Positions 1 through 9,996 of a stretch of DNA of 64,000 nt are shown piece by piece; positions within the stretch are counted from its first letter, which is position 1, and the number at the start of each line of letters is the position of its first letter. The position numbers and the translations under genes were made by a program. The stretch is taken from the NCBI GenBank assembly GCA_963748615.1, contig CAVVJQ010000002.1, positions 259,240 to 323,239 on the forward strand, written 5' to 3'. A model generated the notes under the pieces. That model saw only the letters and a list, made by a program, of their open reading frames with translations. It did not search any database and was not told where the DNA came from. The stretch is from an uncultured Thermoplasmata archaeon. Lineage in GTDB: Archaea > Thermoplasmatota > Thermoplasmata > UBA10834.

Positions 1-171
1 GCGGTATTCGAACCCAAGAATTTCGAAGCTCATCTTCGGACCGATGAAGATACCTATCACTATGTATCCGATCATGACCGACTGGTTCAGCTTGCCAGCG
101 AGCGTGGCAGCCACGAACGCGAGGAGCATGATGGCGCCCATCTGGAACAGCAGCTCGGACTCCGCACTCAT
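1..171 (-). CDS. Cation:proton antiporter (CPA2/Kef-type), N-terminal fragment running off the window edge
   Basis: Absent from the ORF track because there is no stop in the window. Reverse-strand ATG at 171-169 gives MSAESELLFQMGAIMLLAFVAATLAGKLNQSVMIGYIVIGIFIGP..., typical of the first TM helices of Na+/H+ - K+/H+ exchanger family proteins. Confidence 0.5.
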   Translation of the reverse strand, partial: MSAESELLFQMGAIMLLAFVAATLAGKLNQSVMIGYIVIGIFIGPKMSFEILGFEYR

Positions 172-324
172 CCCGTCTTCCCTTCTCGTCTTGAGAAGAA
201 GATGCCACCTAACTCATAGTGAATCGGTCTGCATCCCATCCGGGCGTGGATATGCCTGGTGCGTACTTATAACTTATCCGGAGCGCAGTCTGGCCAGGTG
301 TTCAAACGTTTAGTAGCCTAGCTA

Positions 325-1380
325 CTAAGCCGAATGAATAGGGAACATCAACAGGAGTATGATGTACAGAATGTAAAGGGACCCCGAAGCGATCAGGGTC
401 TTGTACTCCACGCGTTTCTTGACCGTCACCGAATATAACATCCAACCCGCAGCCGTGAGGGCTATGACGATGCTCGCTACGTTGATCGGTTCCAGGGACC
501 ACTTGGTGAAGAGGAGCCCGATGCTGACTGGGATGCTGCTCTGGAACACCATTGCACCGGTTATGTTTCCCAGGGCGAGCGTGTCCTTCTCACGCCAATA
601 CCAGATGACACTGTTGAATTTCTCAGGCAATTCCGTTGCGATTGGTGCAATCAGGAAAGCGAGTATTATAGGTGAGATCCCGATGGATTCAGATATCGCG
701 CCCACCTCATCCACGAAGAATTTGGCGCCTATGATTATCCCGATGAGTGCGGCTGTGACCTGAAATAGAATCATCGACATGCCGACGATACCTTTGGGAG
801 GCGCCTTTCGCACTGCGCGTCCCAGGTAAAGAGCCGGGCAAGATGATTCGCTCATATCGGCCTCATCTCTTAGGGTGCGTTGGAGATAGATTGCGTAACT
901 GAGCAGAAGCACCGCGGCCGCACACCAATTGATGTACTTCGTCTCGAAAGAATCCTGCAGTCCAAGAAGGCCTGTGAGGAGTGCTATCAAGTACATCGAC
1001 ATGAAGAACTTGAGATCCCGCTCGGCGTGCCCTGCCTTCAGTACGAGACACTTGCTCCGCTTCCCGCGTCTGCAGGCAAACCATATCGCCACTCCGCCGA
1101 TGAACATGGCGAGTGTGCCGAGCATGAATGGCGCTCCCAGAATCGCGCCTTCGCCGATCTCCTCGCCGGCACCACTGCCCATGAAGAAAATCGCGATGAG
1201 CGGGATTATCGTCTCGGGCATGGCGGTCCCGATGGCGGCCAGAATGCTGCCGGTGGCGGTCTCCGCGAGTCCAAGTCGGCATCCGAGCCATTCGATACCG
1301 TTCACGAATACCTCGCAGCTGATCAGAATCACGATCAGGGAGGCGATGAGTATCAGGACGCCGATTGCTTCGACCGCCAT
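325..1380 (-). CDS. Ca2+/Na+ antiporter family membrane protein (YrbG-like)
   Basis: 351 aa polytopic membrane protein with two alpha-repeat motifs, GTAMPETIIP and ATELPEKFNS, characteristic of the Na+/Ca2+ exchanger superfamily. Confidence 0.8.
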   Translation of the reverse strand: MAVEAIGVLILIASLIVILISCEVFVNGIEWLGCRLGLAETATGSILAAIGTAMPETIIPLIAIFFMGSGAGEEIGEGAILGAPFMLGTLAMFIGGVAIWFACRRGKRSKCLVLKAGHAERDLKFFMSMYLIALLTGLLGLQDSFETKYINWCAAAVLLLSYAIYLQRTLRDEADMSESSCPALYLGRAVRKAPPKGIVGMSMILFQVTAALIGIIIGAKFFVDEVGAISESIGISPIILAFLIAPIATELPEKFNSVIWYWREKDTLALGNITGAMVFQSSIPVSIGLLFTKWSLEPINVASIVIALTAAGWMLYSVTVKKRVEYKTLIASGSLYILYIILLLMFPIHSA

Positions 1381-1510
1381 ACGTTGGACCCGATGCGGGA
1401 CTATGTCCAGCGGTTACTTAAACCATTCTGAGGGGTTCCTTCTGGCAAGGGTATTGCCATAGCCATTCTGCATAAGTCTTAAGTAATTAAATCAGCTGAC
1501 CTCAGTTTAT

Positions 1511-2785
1511 ATGTTCGGAAGATTCAGTGGAAAGAGGATACGAACTCCCTGGCACCTCAGAGTACTTTATCTCTCCACGTTCTTCCTTCGAATGGCTTTC
1601 GGAGCGCTCCTTTTACTGATCGCGAGTTACGTCCCGTACGATAATAATTACGAGGCGCTTCTCAATGTGGCGATTATCGCAGTTCCATACCCCTTGGCTG
1701 AGATGTTGACTGCCAACTACTTCGGGATCTTGAGCGATAAAACGGGACGCAAGAAGATAATCGTCCTCGGGACCGCGCTGGCGGCCATCATAGTAACCCT
1801 ATACACCCTATCGAACAACGTCTGGTACCTGGCGACCTTGCACGGGATCCACGGGATCGGTGCCGCAGCCACAGTCGCACCCGCAATTGCGATGATCGCT
1901 GACCATGCAGAGACTTGTGATCGCGGCAGGCAGATGGGTTGGTTTGATTACGCGACTTTCAGCGGATATATCGTCGGCGCAGTGGTCGGCGGTTTCATGA
2001 TCGATTATGCTGGACCGATCCCAGGATTCATCATCGTCGCGTTGCTGCTCGCCACTTCAGCTATCCTTCTACAATCACTGGTCAAGAAGGAACGAGCGAT
2101 AAAGAAGACAGATCATTTAGGAGGGTTCCAGAGCCTGAAGATCGTCTTCAAGATTCGTGAGATCCGGCTGATGTTCCCGATCTGGCTCATAATCGCCGTC
2201 CTGCTAGGTCTCGCGATCACCTACCTCCCGAGAATCATGCTAAGCGAGGATGTCTCGGGGGCGACCATAGGCATAATGTTCGGGGCAGCTGGCGTCGCGC
2301 TCTGTCTACTGCAGCCTTTCTGGGGGATGGTTTCCGACAAGATTGGGAGGATACCGGTCATGGCCTACGGTGTCTTCAGCATATTCGGAATTGTCGTGAT
2401 GATGTTGTTCTTCTCCGATTACGCCTACGAGATGGTCGGTGGGCATATCGAATTCAAGTTGCTCGGAATGATTCCTTTAGGCATCATGGGTCTTGGAGTA
2501 GGTGCTTTCGTGCCTGCAGCCCTTGCATTGATGGCGGATTCGTCTAAGGACACATGCTATGGGGCAACGATGGGATTGTATTCCTTCGCACTTGGATTCG
2601 GCGCATTCATAGCTGAAGGGATGGGGCTCGCAATCATCGTGGCCAGCGGGGACGAGACCGCCCCAGATTGGTTGCTGTATTTCGCGGCTGGCTTGATTGG
2701 GTTGGCAGTCATCATGATGACGTGGTTCTTCCTCGTGAACTTGATCGTCAGAAGGTTCTCGAAGAAGAAGGTTGAGAACTCATGA
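1511..2785 (+). CDS. MFS transporter
   Basis: 424 aa with about 12 TM segments. MFS motif A-like loops GILSDKTGRKK and GMVSDKIGR occur in the two halves. Confidence 0.8.
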   Translation: MFGRFSGKRIRTPWHLRVLYLSTFFLRMAFGALLLLIASYVPYDNNYEALLNVAIIAVPYPLAEMLTANYFGILSDKTGRKKIIVLGTALAAIIVTLYTLSNNVWYLATLHGIHGIGAAATVAPAIAMIADHAETCDRGRQMGWFDYATFSGYIVGAVVGGFMIDYAGPIPGFIIVALLLATSAILLQSLVKKERAIKKTDHLGGFQSLKIVFKIREIRLMFPIWLIIAVLLGLAITYLPRIMLSEDVSGATIGIMFGAAGVALCLLQPFWGMVSDKIGRIPVMAYGVFSIFGIVVMMLFFSDYAYEMVGGHIEFKLLGMIPLGIMGLGVGAFVPAALALMADSSKDTCYGATMGLYSFALGFGAFIAEGMGLAIIVASGDETAPDWLLYFAAGLIGLAVIMMTWFFLVNLIVRRFSKKKVENS

Positions 2786-3798
2786 TCGAGATCGATGGAT
2801 CGCACGGAGAGGGTGGAGGACAGATCCTGCGGACGGCGGTGTCGCTCGCCTCAGTCCTGCGCAAGAGCGTTCGTGTATCGAACATTCGAGCAGGTCGTCC
2901 GAGCCCAGGCTTGTCACCACAACATCTCACCAGCATAGAAGCAGCAGCGGAACTCTGCGACGCTGAGACAGGCGGGCTGTATGTCGGCTCGAAGGAGATT
3001 ACATTCGAGCCAGGGCAGCTGATCGGGGGCGATTTTGAATTCGATGTCGGCACAGCTGGCAGCGTATCACTTGTCCTCCAAACATGCCTGTTGCCAGCAT
3101 CCATGTCCAAATCCGATGTCAGGATGAGAATCACAGGTGGCACGGACGTGCGATGGTCTCCACCCATAGAGTACGTCGCTCAAGTCCACATTCCACTACT
3201 GGAGAGATTCGGAGTTTCATGTGAGCTCGATATTGAATCGAGAGGGTTCTATCCAGAAGGCAGTGGAACGATCATTGCATCCTGTGCTCCATCAGGATGC
3301 TTGCAGGCTGTGGACCTCGGCACGAAAGGCGAGCTGAAGGGTATCGTTGGACTCGCTTTCGCACAGAATCTCCCAGAGCACGTGGTCACAAGGATGAAAC
3401 ACTCCGCCCTCAAGTCCCTCGTGAATTTCAATCGAGTCACTGTGCAATCGCAGATCACATCCGGGAAGAGTACAGGTGCAGGGATAGTCCTCGCTGCGAG
3501 ATATGAGCACTCCATATTGGGAGAATCCGCTCTCGGAGAGAAGGGTGTGCGGGCAGAGACGATCGGCGAATCCTGCGCGGTCGATCTGATTGAGACCATC
3601 GATTCAGGAGCCACTGTGGATGAGCATGGGCTTGATCAACTGCTACCATACATGGCTCTTGCGGATGGCAAGTCGACCGTGTTGGCCGAGGAACTGACAG
3701 AGCACGCAAAGACCAACATCTGGGTCATAGAGGAATTCCTTGGAAAGAGATTCGTCACTTCCGAGGATGGTGGGCTCGTCAGAATCTGCACGGTCTAG
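2782..3798 (+). CDS. rtcA: RNA 3'-terminal phosphate cyclase
   Basis: N-terminus MIEIDGSHGEGGGQILRTAVSLA is the RtcA signature. Length 338 aa. 4-nt overlap with the upstream MFS gene. Confidence 0.9.
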   Translation: MIEIDGSHGEGGGQILRTAVSLASVLRKSVRVSNIRAGRPSPGLSPQHLTSIEAAAELCDAETGGLYVGSKEITFEPGQLIGGDFEFDVGTAGSVSLVLQTCLLPASMSKSDVRMRITGGTDVRWSPPIEYVAQVHIPLLERFGVSCELDIESRGFYPEGSGTIIASCAPSGCLQAVDLGTKGELKGIVGLAFAQNLPEHVVTRMKHSALKSLVNFNRVTVQSQITSGKSTGAGIVLAARYEHSILGESALGEKGVRAETIGESCAVDLIETIDSGATVDEHGLDQLLPYMALADGKSTVLAEELTEHAKTNIWVIEEFLGKRFVTSEDGGLVRICTV

Positions 3799-4565
3799 CC
3801 ATACATAGGCGGTCTCGCAGCCGGCTTATCGTCCTTCTTCACCACGGCCTGCTTCTGTATCTCACGTATGTGCGTTTCGATCCTCTGTGCCTCTTCGAAA
3901 AGTGGCTTTGCATCGAAATCTATGCCGAGAAGAATGTCATCGATCGCCTCAAGCACGAGTGCAGCCGCCTTAGCATCGGGGAAATCTGGATGAGCTTCTG
4001 CGAGAAGGGTGATGACATCGAAATCCCTCTTCCGCCCTTCGTTCAGCAGCACGCCAGCGACTCCTGAAATGACGCCTTCCTCGAACGGACGGATGCCGTG
4101 CTCTTTCAACAGTTCGCGCGAACGCAACGTGCTCGCAATCCCGAACACGACATCGGATATGTCCGCACTGTCCCGGATCTCCGGGTCTACTACTAGTCCT
4201 TCAGGAGACACGATCATTTTGCATCGTTGCTCGATGGCCCAACTCACCAGCGCCCTCGAAATTGGTCGGACAAGGTTTGCTGGAGCCTGGAATTCAGAAA
4301 TGAACGCTACCAGCTGATCGCCATGCGGGCCCTTATCCCCAGCATAAATCCTGACGGGGCTCAACGGTTGCGCGTCACGTATCAAGGAGACGGTCGGGAA
4401 CTGTGGTGAATCCATGATCCCGATATGTTCCATCTTTAGCACTTTGATCAAGTAATTCGCAGATATCGAACTCACCAGACCAACGCTTGGAAAACCATCG
4501 ATGATGGTTGCGCCTCGCAAGTCCTTCTTCATGATCTCGTAGATCTTGATATCGTCTCCGTCCAT
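3795..4565 (-). CDS. Proteasome assembly chaperone (PAC2) family protein
   Basis: 256 aa. DGFPSVGLVSSISANYLI and the overall pattern match the archaeal PAC2/COG1938 family. Confidence 0.65.
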   Translation of the reverse strand: MDGDDIKIYEIMKKDLRGATIIDGFPSVGLVSSISANYLIKVLKMEHIGIMDSPQFPTVSLIRDAQPLSPVRIYAGDKGPHGDQLVAFISEFQAPANLVRPISRALVSWAIEQRCKMIVSPEGLVVDPEIRDSADISDVVFGIASTLRSRELLKEHGIRPFEEGVISGVAGVLLNEGRKRDFDVITLLAEAHPDFPDAKAAALVLEAIDDILLGIDFDAKPLFEEAQRIETHIREIQKQAVVKKDDKPAARPPMYG

Positions 4566-4730
4566 CGTTGCCCAAATGAGATGGCCCGCTTATAAGTGTT
4601 GGGAAATGCGTCTTGCACGCGAACCATGTGCGCACCGACCCCGCAGATGGATGACTTCCGAAGGAATCGCCTTTTGGATTACTGGCTCTCTGCTCCGAAA
4701 GGTTATTAGCATTGCGAACGGTTCTTCCAG

Positions 4731-5372
4731 ATGGTACTCTTGCATATCACAATAAACTGCGCAATGTCTGCAGATGGCAAGATAGCATTGAAGACCAGAA
4801 GGCAGACACCTATCTCCAACGAAGAGGATAAGAAGAGGGTGCATGTCCTGAGGAATTCCTCGGATGCGATACTTGTCGGAGTGGAAACAGTCATCTCTGA
4901 CAACCCTAAACTGACTGTGAAGGAGAAGTACGTCAAGAACCCCAGACACCCCATCAGGGTCGTGCTCGATTCCAACGGGAGGACGCCGTCTGATTCATTG
5001 GTCTTCGACGGGAAGGCGGAGACGATCATCGTCACGAGCGAGGGATGCTCCAAGACATTCCCCAATGCAAAGACGATTCGATGCGGGAGAGATGATGTGG
5101 ACATTCCACGCCTTATCCCGATTCTTGAGGGGATGAGTATCAAGAAGTTGCTCGTAGAGGGGGGCTCCACCATCATATGGTCATTTTTGAAAAATAGGCT
5201 GGCTGATGAGGTCAACATATTCATAGGAAGCATCGTCATTGGAGGTGAGCGGGCGCCGACTCCTGCAGGAGGGGATGGCGCTTCTGAGACATTGGAAATG
5301 GTGCCACTCAGACTGAAGGGGGCAAAGGTCCTCGGAAGCGGGGTCCTCGTGAGATATGAGGTGGTCAAATGA
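4731..5372 (+). CDS. 2,5-diamino-6-(ribosylamino)-4(3H)-pyrimidinone 5'-phosphate reductase (RibD C-terminal-type reductase)
   Basis: 213 aa. INCAMSADGKIA...SDAILVGVETVISDNPKLTVK...LLVEGGSTI are typical of the DHFR-like riboflavin reductase domain. Confidence 0.8.
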   Translation: MVLLHITINCAMSADGKIALKTRRQTPISNEEDKKRVHVLRNSSDAILVGVETVISDNPKLTVKEKYVKNPRHPIRVVLDSNGRTPSDSLVFDGKAETIIVTSEGCSKTFPNAKTIRCGRDDVDIPRLIPILEGMSIKKLLVEGGSTIIWSFLKNRLADEVNIFIGSIVIGGERAPTPAGGDGASETLEMVPLRLKGAKVLGSGVLVRYEVVK

Positions 5373-5833
5373 GCGAAGATGCGACGAAGCCGATGTTCGC
5401 CGTGGATCAAATGCTTGGATCCCTGGCGAAATGGCTCCGGATGTTAGGATACGATACAATCTATGACAAGACGATGGATGATAAACAGATCGCAGCAGCT
5501 GCGAGAGCCGATAACCGATTCATCCTCACCAGGGACAAGGAACTGTCCAAGGAACCTGGAGCTTTGCTGATAGAAAGCGAAGAGCTCGAGGCGCAGTTGA
5601 CCGCAGTCCGCGAGAAGTTCGGCCTGAAGTTCAGCGAGGACACCATAAGATGCACACAGTGCAACGGAGCGCTGGTCAGCCTCCCCAAGGAGGAGGCGAA
5701 GGGTTCCGTGCCCGAAGGAGCGTTCGCCAGCAACGACAAGTTCTGGAAGTGCGGAGGTTGCGGTAAGGTGTATTGGCGCGGGTCGCACTGGCTTGGCATA
5801 ATGGAGAGATTCCGGAAGCTCAACCTTGCTTAG
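5369..5833 (+). CDS. Mut7-C RNase domain (DUF82) protein with C-terminal zinc ribbon
   Basis: FAVDQMLGSLAKWLRMLGYDT start and CTQCNG...CGGCGKVYW zinc ribbon. 4-nt overlap with the upstream gene. Confidence 0.7.
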   Translation: MSEDATKPMFAVDQMLGSLAKWLRMLGYDTIYDKTMDDKQIAAAARADNRFILTRDKELSKEPGALLIESEELEAQLTAVREKFGLKFSEDTIRCTQCNGALVSLPKEEAKGSVPEGAFASNDKFWKCGGCGKVYWRGSHWLGIMERFRKLNLA

Positions 5834-6800
5834 TCTCCGCGCCGTGCAGGTGCTCGCTGATGATCTTCCCGCTTGAGGAGTTCACGATCATCGCACCGTT
5901 CTTGCCTTCGACGCACCAGACAGGCAGATACACGAGTCCTTTGGGATCTATCATCATCGGGTCTCTAGAAGATTTCTTGCGTTCTATTATCTCAGAATGC
6001 CCGTAATCCTTCACCGTTTCCGTGAACGACCTGAACTCCTTCGCAATCGTCTCCCGAGCCAACTCGTTTGCTTTCTCCTGGTCGATCTTAGGCTCTCGCT
6101 TCGTGTGCTGGATCTCGATCGAATCCACGAGTTCGAAGCCCCAGCGCCATGTCTCCAACTGACTCGTCAACGCGTTCACAGCGACGATCCCTGCCCGCTG
6201 TTTGCCGTCCTCCAAGTTCAGTACATAATGAAACAGATAATGAGGAACCAGGTCCAGGTCGAACCTGTAACCCTGCACCTCGTGTCGAGCAAGATGTTTG
6301 ATATCCTCCAGCATGAAGTTCGGCTTGACGATCCGCTCCGCATGGTCACCTGCACTCTCGACGATGATTGGGACCGATTGCTCGGGTGGCTCCGACAGCC
6401 TCTGAGGGTAGTCGTCCGAGATTATGTCGTCCAAGAGGCTCTTGCCGGATCCGCCACTGACAGTCTGGAGTTGCAGGTTGCCTATCTCATGCTCGAGCTC
6501 CTCACGCCCCCAATAATGGACCCCCCTCTTCTGCAGGAATCCCTGGACGCCGTCATCCGCCTTCGATAGCGATGCAACTATCTTCCGACCGTGAAAATCT
6601 GAGACATTGTTGATGAAATCCTCCACATCCTCCATCAACATATCACTGGCTGCGAGGACCACGACGGAGATATCATCCCTCGAACCGTAGAGATAATCGT
6701 CTCTCTCGCTGACTGAGAAATCCTTCGATCTGAGTATGTCAACGAGATGATCCCTAAGTGTGACCACTGCTGTTCCCGAATCCGGAACGCAAGGGGTCAA
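5820..6800 (-). CDS. Hypothetical protein with a possible restriction-endonuclease-like N-terminal domain
   Basis: 326 aa ORF with normal amino-acid composition. No ATG near the 5' end (TTG at 6800, GTG at about 6767), so the start is uncertain. No confident family assignment. Confidence 0.5.
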   Translation of the reverse strand: MTPCVPDSGTAVVTLRDHLVDILRSKDFSVSERDDYLYGSRDDISVVVLAASDMLMEDVEDFINNVSDFHGRKIVASLSKADDGVQGFLQKRGVHYWGREELEHEIGNLQLQTVSGGSGKSLLDDIISDDYPQRLSEPPEQSVPIIVESAGDHAERIVKPNFMLEDIKHLARHEVQGYRFDLDLVPHYLFHYVLNLEDGKQRAGIVAVNALTSQLETWRWGFELVDSIEIQHTKREPKIDQEKANELARETIAKEFRSFTETVKDYGHSEIIERKKSSRDPMMIDPKGLVYLPVWCVEGKNGAMIVNSSSGKIISEHLHGAETKQG

Positions 6801-6886
6801 TAAAAGGCTTCTGCGTGACTGGCGCCCCGCAAGTTAGATAGTCCAGGGCGGACAATTGACCTTCAGGAGAACAACGAGGGGCAACG

Positions 6887-7294
6887 ATGCGAACGAGAAG
6901 CATGATTCCGGTGCTAATGTTCGTCACAGGGTTGGTGATCATGGGCATAGCCGTGGCGTCTGGAGAAGGAGAGGTCTCGCTCGTCCTGATATTCCCTGTA
7001 TTCTCAGGTTCCAGTGCCATGTTCATGCTGGGTACCGCATTGATAGTGCTTGGCTTCATGACAGGGTTCTTCATGATGGTGAGGAATCAGATGGATACCA
7101 TACGGGCAGGAGACTATCCTGCCGAAGATGGCATATCACGTCCCGCGGAGACCAAGTATGGAGGGGTCGTGATGATCGGTCCGATCCCGATCGCTTTCGG
7201 GTCGGACAAGAAGACGGCATTTGCGATGTTCGTGATCGGAGTGATACTGGCAGTATGCTGTCTACTCGCGATCCTGATACTCCTCTTTCAGTAA
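6887..7294 (+). CDS. Small membrane protein, DUF131/TIGR00304-like
   Basis: 135 aa with 3-4 TM helices. The GGVVMIGPIPIAFGSD motif resembles the archaeal DUF131 family (from memory). Confidence 0.5.
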   Translation: MRTRSMIPVLMFVTGLVIMGIAVASGEGEVSLVLIFPVFSGSSAMFMLGTALIVLGFMTGFFMMVRNQMDTIRAGDYPAEDGISRPAETKYGGVVMIGPIPIAFGSDKKTAFAMFVIGVILAVCCLLAILILLFQ

Positions 7295-7489
7295 GGTTCC
7301 GGCGGCATCGTCCAGAGAGAGCTTTCGTGACTCGGCGAAGTCCCTGATATCACTCATCATGCCGATGTATACGGAGAAATCGAGACCTCGTCTGCGTACG
7401 GTACGGCCTATCGAACGCTCGGTCGATTCGCTCCTCAACCTCGTCTCGATGGCCTCTTTCAGAATCTCGAGGGCTTCTTGATCCATCAC
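7262..7489 (-). CDS. Small hypothetical protein abutting the guaAA stop
   Basis: 75 aa helical, charged ORF. Its ATG directly follows the guaAA stop codon. Its 3' end overlaps the convergent DUF131 gene by 33 nt. Confidence 0.4.
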   Translation of the reverse strand: MMDQEALEILKEAIETRLRSESTERSIGRTVRRRGLDFSVYIGMMSDIRDFAESRKLSLDDAAGTLLKEEYQDRE

Positions 7490-8065
7490 TCAATCCTTCT
7501 TGTGTCCCTGACAGACATCTACGAAAGCCTGGAAGATATCGTATCCGTTGTCCGTGTGCTCTACCTCGGGGTGAAACTGCACACCGAACAGAGGTTTCGT
7601 CTTGTGTCTCATTGCCTGGATCTGGCAATTGTCTGAGTGAGCCAGCGCGATGAAGTCCGGAGGAAGTTCCGTCACCTCGTCGTTATGAGATTCCCATGCG
7701 ACCAAGGTGTCAGGCAATCCTTTGAAAAGGTCGTCCTCGTCATCTATGGAGACCATGGTCTTCCCGAATTCAGGGACCTTGGATGGTCCGGCCTTGCCTC
7801 CAAGGAACCATGCCATGAATTGATGACCTGCGCATATGCCGAGCACGGGTATGCCCGCCTTCTCGATGTAATCCCCGCACTTCCCCATGCTCTCTTGGTT
7901 CAGGCCGACGCGCGGCGCTCCACCTGATAGCACCAAGCCATCCGCACGGATGTTCTCGACCGGGGTCGTGTTCGGTATTATCTCGCACTCGGTGCCCAGA
8001 TCCCTGAGCACCCTCCACTCCCTGTGTGTCCATTGACCGCCGTTGTCAACGACCAATATGCGCAT
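7490..8065 (-). CDS. guaAA: GMP synthase (glutamine-hydrolysing) subunit A, glutamine amidotransferase
   Basis: 191 aa class I GATase with GICAGHQ catalytic Cys and an HPE motif. Confidence 0.9.
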   Translation of the reverse strand: MRILVVDNGGQWTHREWRVLRDLGTECEIIPNTTPVENIRADGLVLSGGAPRVGLNQESMGKCGDYIEKAGIPVLGICAGHQFMAWFLGGKAGPSKVPEFGKTMVSIDDEDDLFKGLPDTLVAWESHNDEVTELPPDFIALAHSDNCQIQAMRHKTKPLFGVQFHPEVEHTDNGYDIFQAFVDVCQGHKKD

Positions 8066-8215
8066 GAAGGAGGGAACATGGAGTGGATATATAGCCTCTG
8101 CTGAGGAACGAGAGAATGTGCTCGCGAGGCTGCAGCCAGTGCTGGAGATGAATCATGAAGAGTATTTAAAGAACGAAGAGGAGGGTACCGGACTTGCCGG
8201 TCCCTTTTGGGGCAA

Positions 8216-9163
8216 TTATTCCCATTCTATTGTGCCTGGTGGCTTGTCCGTTATGTCATAGACGACCCTGTTGACCTTGTCCTTCATCTTGTTCGATATC
8301 CTGGTAGATATGGTCTCGAGGATTTCGTGCGGTATCTTGCAGTAGACGGCGGACATGGCATCCACGGAATCCACGGCGCGTACGGCTATCGTGTAACCAT
8401 ACGCTCTTATGTCGCCCTGGACACCAACGCTCCTGATCGGAAGCAGGACCGCAAAGTACTGCCAGGGCAGCTTCATCTTGCCCGCAGCTGCAGCTTTCTC
8501 GATCTCCTCCTCCGTGATGGCGCATGCCTCGCGCACGATCTCCACGGACTCGCGCGTGGGTTCGCCAAGGACCCTTATCGCCAGTGCGGGTCCCGGGAAT
8601 GGCTGCTTCTCCGCGACCTCGATCTTGAGCGTGCGCGCGACCTTCCGGACTTCGTCCTTGTAGAGGTCCCTGAGCGGCTCGATCAACTTCAGGTTCATAT
8701 CAATCGGTAGGCCGCCCACATTGTGATGGGACTTGATTGTGTCCCTGAGCCCTCCGCCACTCTCAATCCAGTCTGGGGCAATCGTTCCCTGCACGAGATA
8801 TTCCGCACCGAACTTCTTCGCTTCACGCTCGAAAACTCGTATGAACTTCTCACCAATGATCTTCCTCTTTCGCTCGGGATCCGTCACGCCCTTCAAGGCC
8901 CCGTAGAACTCGTCACTAGCGTCCACTATGATGTGATTGACCCCTAGACGGGAGAGCATCTTGTCGACCGAGTCGTTCTCGCCCTTGCGCATGAACCCGG
9001 TGTCGACATAAACTGCGAGCAGCCTGTCGCCGATCGCCTTGCCGACTATGCCTGCACATACCGTGCTGTCCACTCCTCCGGAGGCTGCGATTATCGCCGT
9101 GCCCTTCACGTCCTCTTTCAGTTTGGCGATCTGCTGGTCGATGAACTTCTGTGCGTCGAACAT
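8216..9163 (-). CDS. guaAB: GMP synthase subunit B, ATP pyrophosphatase
   Basis: 315 aa with PP-loop SGGVDS and a conserved GMP synthase C-terminal domain. Confidence 0.9.
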   Translation of the reverse strand: MFDAQKFIDQQIAKLKEDVKGTAIIAASGGVDSTVCAGIVGKAIGDRLLAVYVDTGFMRKGENDSVDKMLSRLGVNHIIVDASDEFYGALKGVTDPERKRKIIGEKFIRVFEREAKKFGAEYLVQGTIAPDWIESGGGLRDTIKSHHNVGGLPIDMNLKLIEPLRDLYKDEVRKVARTLKIEVAEKQPFPGPALAIRVLGEPTRESVEIVREACAITEEEIEKAAAAGKMKLPWQYFAVLLPIRSVGVQGDIRAYGYTIAVRAVDSVDAMSAVYCKIPHEILETISTRISNKMKDKVNRVVYDITDKPPGTIEWE

Positions 9164-9628
9164 CTAGATCTCAACTTCCTTAGAATCCTGGATGACCTTG
9201 TCCCTGAGCTTCTGACGATACGCCTTCAAAGCGGCCAATATCCTGTCGTCTTTCAGCGCAAGTATGGATGCTGCTAGCAATGCCGCGTTCTCTCCCCTGT
9301 CCAGGCCGACACCGGCCACTGGTATGCCGGGGGGCATCTGAACGACGGAGAGTATGGCATCGAGGTTGATTGCTCCGCTGACGGGGACGCCTATGACCGG
9401 CCGCACCGTCTTCGATGCGATGACACCTGGCAGGGCTGCAGACAGACCCGCGATCGCGATGAACACTTCAGCATCAGCTTCGTTCACGAGCTGATCTACC
9501 AGCTCGGGAGTCCTGTGCGCGCTGGCCACGGCGATCCTGTAAGGTATTCCCAGTTCCTTGAGGACTGAGACCGCCTTCTCGGCCACCTTCATATCGCTCT
9601 TGCTACCAAGAACTATCTGGACACTCAT
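9164..9628 (-). CDS. purE: N5-carboxyaminoimidazole ribonucleotide mutase
   Basis: Conserved sequence starts at MSVQIVLGSKSDMKVAEKA (Met 64 of the 217 aa ORF). GSKSD and AGLSAALPGV motifs are present. The upstream part of the ORF has atypical composition. Confidence 0.85.
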   Translation of the reverse strand: MSVQIVLGSKSDMKVAEKAVSVLKELGIPYRIAVASAHRTPELVDQLVNEADAEVFIAIAGLSAALPGVIASKTVRPVIGVPVSGAINLDAILSVVQMPPGIPVAGVGLDRGENAALLAASILALKDDRILAALKAYRQKLRDKVIQDSKEVEI

Positions 9629-9669
9629 CAAAAGGTAGAAGAATGGTTTGTAGAAAAAGGTTTGCGTTC

Positions 9670-9966
9670 TTACGACTTCATTATCGCAAGAAGGAACACG
9701 CCAACCGCTGCGAGGGCTCCAATCAATCCTGCCAAGATATACAGGAATGCGTCCCAGATCACTTTGCTCAGGTTGACATCTATCACTGCGACTGAGTCGA
9801 TGCACATGACAGCCCACAAGACTCCGACTATCAGGCCTATGACCAACAGCACAACACCAATGATTCTGCTCTTTCCGCTGCCGAAGTATGCTGTGAACAC
9901 GCCCGCCAGCAGCATGAATAGGCCGAATATCATTAGTAGTACCGTCATGAACTCAAGTAGTTCCAT
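9670..9966 (-). CDS. Small membrane protein (3 TM), hypothetical
   Basis: 98 aa, strongly hydrophobic, with three predicted TM helices. Confidence 0.5.
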   Translation of the reverse strand: MELLEFMTVLLMIFGLFMLLAGVFTAYFGSGKSRIIGVVLLVIGLIVGVLWAVMCIDSVAVIDVNLSKVIWDAFLYILAGLIGALAAVGVFLLAIMKS

Positions 9967-9996
9967 TTAGCTCACCTTTGAATCCCGCATCGAAGT

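Noticed and set aside
3-18. T-loop-like GGGTTCGAATACC on the minus strand at the extreme 5' end of the window.
   Set aside because: It lies inside the antiporter coding frame (…LGFEYR) with no surrounding cloverleaf.
44-313. 89 aa plus-strand ORF at the window start.
   Set aside because: It is antisense to a better reverse-strand reading that encodes the N-terminus of a CPA2-type antiporter. Its composition is atypical.
9629-9817. 5' extensions of several ORFs: purE to 9817, the RAM-domain gene to 10320, atpH to 47942, the PPS gene to 14286, cobA to 27921, and the wHTH-STAND gene from 26056.
   Set aside because: The extensions have atypical composition or overlap upstream genes or promoters. 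Conserved family N-termini begin at internal Met codons. The cobA start remains the least certain, because 27921 would give an ATGA overlap.
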